Source: a virus (lineage: Duplodnaviria; Caudoviricetes). Taken from it: a stretch of DNA of 38,263 bases. The stretch spans positions 1 through 38,263 of IMG/VR virus record IMGVR_UViG_3300049182_000029. One strand, 5' to 3'. Both the position numbers and the translations under genes were made by a program. The stretch's first letter is position 1; each line of letters begins with the position of its first letter. Below, in pieces: positions 35,858-38,263 of this stretch. The notes beneath the pieces were generated by a model. That model was not told where the DNA came from. It ran no database searches and was given only the letters and a program-made list of their open reading frames with translations.

Positions 35858-36744
35858 GCTGCTGGTCCTTTCGTTGCGTTTTCGATTGCGGCCCGCGCGT
35901 CTTTTAGCGCCTTCATGACGACCTCATTGCGCGCCGTATATCCAAGCATTGCCATTTCCGCCGTTTGCAGCGCAGCCAGCAAAGTCTCCGCGTCCGCGCT
36001 GCCCTGCACAGCGATAGGGGGCGCGGACTGGCGAAAAGCAAGCCCGACTTGTCGCGCCACGTTAGCTACTTCGTCCTCTTGCAAAAACATGAGGTAGCCA
36101 TCACTGCAAGGGTGACTATTCCTAAGAATTGCATTCCTTACTATGCGTTCAACACTCAACATACCTTGTTGACCATCGTCCTCGCTCGCCTCGTGCTTGA
36201 CTGCTGCATTATGCGCGGCACGATAACCGGCTTTGAAATGCACATGCGATGTGGCGCTGTTCTCCCAGCGCTTGAATTCGTCCGACGACTCCCACTCGTT
36301 CCAGGCTGCACCTTCGCCCTCTTGTTTGACAGCTTGCGCGCCACCTCGTCGTCGGTCGTCACCGACGCGCGCAGCGCGAGCATGAAACTGCGCCACAGCC
36401 TCGGGTACAGGAGCCGATACAGGGGATGCGTAGAGCGTGCGGAACTCGTACACTCCGCGCCAGTCAGGTATGCGCTTGAGGCAGGTGTCTTCGTCCTCGT
36501 CTATCTGCACCCACTCGCCGCCACCGAAATGCCGCATCTGGTGTACAACCTCCGCCGCTGGCACTGTCTCGCGTTGCTCGCCATGTTGGATAGCTACGGG
36601 ATCGGTCGCGGCAAGTACGTCGTGCGCCTTTGTGCGCAATTCGCCAAGCGTCCAATTGTGAACGCCTAAATTCTCGACGTACTTAGCGAAGTCGCGCAGC
36701 ACGCTTACAGCTTCTTCGGATGTCTTGCTGGTAGGGTTGGTCAT
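35854..36744 (-). CDS. Hypothetical mosaic early protein
   Basis: 296-aa ORF, ATGA-coupled, AAGGA RBS. Confidence 0.7.
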   Translation of the reverse strand: MTNPTSKTSEEAVSVLRDFAKYVENLGVHNWTLGELRTKAHDVLAATDPVAIQHGEQRETVPAAEVVHQMRHFGGGEWVQIDEDEDTCLKRIPDWRGVYEFRTLYASPVSAPVPEAVAQFHARAARVGDDRRRGGAQAVKQEGEGAAWNEWESSDEFKRWENSATSHVHFKAGYRAAHNAAVKHEASEDDGQQGMLSVERIVRNAILRNSHPCSDGYLMFLQEDEVANVARQVGLAFRQSAPPIAVQGSADAETLLAALQTAEMAMLGYTARNEVVMKALKDARAAIENATKGPAA

Positions 36745-36753
36745 TTCGTGTCC

Positions 36754-36957
36754 TTAGCCGGGGCCGTTATAACGTTGTGCGTTCGCTGTGATTTCGTGAT
36801 TGCAGATAGGGCAGCCGATACGATAAAAATCCCCGTCGCGTTGGTCGCTTACGAATTGCGCCTCGCTCGGCATAAATTCGATTTGCGTACCGCATCGGCT
36901 GCACTGTGCGAGTACAGGCTGGGTCGCTGGGTCTTCGCCCCTGTGGATGATCTTCAC
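36754..36957 (-). CDS. Small zinc-ribbon protein
   Basis: CSRC...CPIC; GGAGG RBS. Confidence 0.7.
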   Translation of the reverse strand: MKIIHRGEDPATQPVLAQCSRCGTQIEFMPSEAQFVSDQRDGDFYRIGCPICNHEITANAQRYNGPG

Positions 36958-37775
36958 AGCCTCCCCTCCTTCTCTTCTGTGCTTCCATTAGGAAGCGGCA
37001 TAGGGGAGAGGTGGGCCATACGCTCGGCTTGCATGGCTTCAGCAATTCGGTGCAGCTTCGCCAGAATTTCGCGCTTCATGCTGGTTGCGACAAGATCATG
37101 ATCTTCAATGCACAGCGCCACGTTCAGCAGGAACATCGGCGTCACCTCGCGGGCCGCATCCGTCAATGCGTGCGCTTGGGGCGGGGTTGGGGCTGCGAGG
37201 GCGGCGAGCAGGCGAAGGATCGCGGCAGGGTTGGCGGCTGCGATGAACCGCGCATCCGGGAGTGCCACCTTTTCAGTGATCGTGCGTGGCTCAGCGGGGA
37301 AGTCGTCGTCCTGCTCGCCAATCGGGCATGGCACATCATAGGCAGTGTAGACATCAGCATGGCCAAGGCCATCGCCCCCAACGATTTCGCCGCCCGCCTC
37401 GCGGAATGGGGACATGTTCTCGTCGTACAGCCATTCGCCGGGCGTCGCAGCTTCTGCCAGCTTGCGCAGTTCGGCCAATTCGCCGCTCTGGATGGGCGCT
37501 GGCTCTTGGGTGGCGACCCGGTCGAACGCTTCGATAATCGAAGCCCATACGTGTTCGGGCTGGAAGCACTTGCCAGTTTCAACCAGCGCGTCTTTGATCG
37601 ATGGGTGCAGCTTTACGGGCATCATGCGGTAGCCGGCTGCGGCGTGTCGCGCTGCCTGCGCATTTCCCAGGTCCGCGATCAGCTCTAGGATGTCTTCCGG
37701 CTTTACCTTCGCCATCGACGCCAGCTTATGCTTAATGGCGAAATCCGCTTCCTCCTTCAATTGTTCGATATTCAT
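36954..37775 (-). CDS. Ead/Ea22-like protein
   Basis: ELRKLAEAATPGEW...DARFIAAANPAAILRLL. Confidence 0.75.
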   Translation of the reverse strand: MNIEQLKEEADFAIKHKLASMAKVKPEDILELIADLGNAQAARHAAAGYRMMPVKLHPSIKDALVETGKCFQPEHVWASIIEAFDRVATQEPAPIQSGELAELRKLAEAATPGEWLYDENMSPFREAGGEIVGGDGLGHADVYTAYDVPCPIGEQDDDFPAEPRTITEKVALPDARFIAAANPAAILRLLAALAAPTPPQAHALTDAAREVTPMFLLNVALCIEDHDLVATSMKREILAKLHRIAEAMQAERMAHLSPMPLPNGSTEEKEGRL

Positions 37776-38023
37776 TTTCCCACCCTCGATTCGTTATAGG
37801 CTGCTTCCTCGGCGCGCATGCGCTGCGCGACTTTTTCATGCACGCGCACCGCATCCGCTTTAAACGGGTGCTTGGCCTGATACGTCGGACCGAACTGCTC
37901 GTTGTACTCGTGCAATTCTTCTGCCTGGATCTCGATCGTCAGTTCTTCGTAGCGGGCGGCGTGCTGCTCGTTGCGGTGCGCGCGCTCGGCCGGTGTCAGG
38001 CGGCGAATGGATTGGCAGGCCAT
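37772..38023 (-). CDS. Hypothetical protein
   Basis: Start MACQSIRR via TAATG overlap with the upstream HTH gene. Confidence 0.65.
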   Translation of the reverse strand: MACQSIRRLTPAERAHRNEQHAARYEELTIEIQAEELHEYNEQFGPTYQAKHPFKADAVRVHEKVAQRMRAEEAAYNESRVGK

Positions 38024-38196
38024 TATTCGGCCTCTCGCAGCGTTTTGACGAATTCCTTGTACCACGGACGCCGATAGATGCTATTGCGCTGCACGCCGGC
38101 CTTCTTGGCCGCTTCTGCTGGCGTCTTCCCAGCAAGAATAAGCGCCTCCGCTTTATCCATCGCCTGACTTTGCCCGCGTTCTCCTGGTTTCTTCAT
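38023..38196 (-). CDS. 57-aa HTH protein (not in the ORF track)
   Basis: MKKPGERGQSQAMDKAEALILAGKTPAEAAKKAGVQRNSIYRRPWYKEFVKTLREAE; AGGAG RBS and upstream promoter. Confidence 0.7.
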   Translation of the reverse strand: MKKPGERGQSQAMDKAEALILAGKTPAEAAKKAGVQRNSIYRRPWYKEFVKTLREAE

Positions 38197-38263
38197 TGCG
38201 TTTTCTCCTGTGTTTGTTGACGCATGCCTAATGTACAGCTTTAGACTTACGTACGCAACATCT
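38137..38263. repeat. Terminal direct repeat, copy 2
   Basis: Identical to 1-127. Confidence 0.95.

Larger units (their letters stand above)
1..38263. mobile_element. Complete circularly assembled podovirus-like bacteriophage genome (BPP-1/epsilon15-like virion module, lambdoid early genes)
   Basis: Full set of portal, capsid, tail, terminase and lysis genes plus recombination and replication genes; no host genes; the ends overlap by 127 nt. Confidence 0.95.

Overview
The window is an apparently complete, circularly assembled, GC-rich dsDNA phage genome. Bases 1-127 are repeated at 38137-38263, giving a unit length of 38136 bp. It encodes a podovirus-type virion module resembling Bordetella phage BPP-1 and epsilon15: portal, Bbp19-like protein, scaffold, major capsid, cement protein, tail adaptor and nozzle, four ejection proteins (one with an SLT domain), TerS/TerL, tail fibre and lysis genes. 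A lambdoid early region carries Bet/Exo, NinB, Ref-like and HNH nucleases, RusA, replication proteins, and Ea22- and DUF551-like genes. Early transcription diverges at about 4300-4440 and converges at a bidirectional terminator at about 34816-34846. I found no integrase, full-length CI repressor, DNA or RNA polymerase, reverse transcriptase/DGR, tRNA or CRISPR. A betaproteobacterial host is a guess only. The most notable signals are (1) a ~400-nt highly structured non-coding locus with a C4-like RNA and a G-tract, upstream of a replication protein that lacks the usual N-terminal DNA-binding domain; (2) a three-copy palindromic late-promoter motif with fixed 13-bp spacing to a -10 element, next to a candidate HTH activator; (3) a capsid mRNA leader with twin identical internal-loop hairpins; (4) a GHKL ATPase with re-ordered motifs and a zincin-like tail; (5) a GNAT-GNAT-cupin trio before the ejection proteins; (6) an SGNH esterase inside the head module; and (7) a fibre-like domain inserted in TerL. 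All protein calls come from motif recognition by eye, not from database searches.
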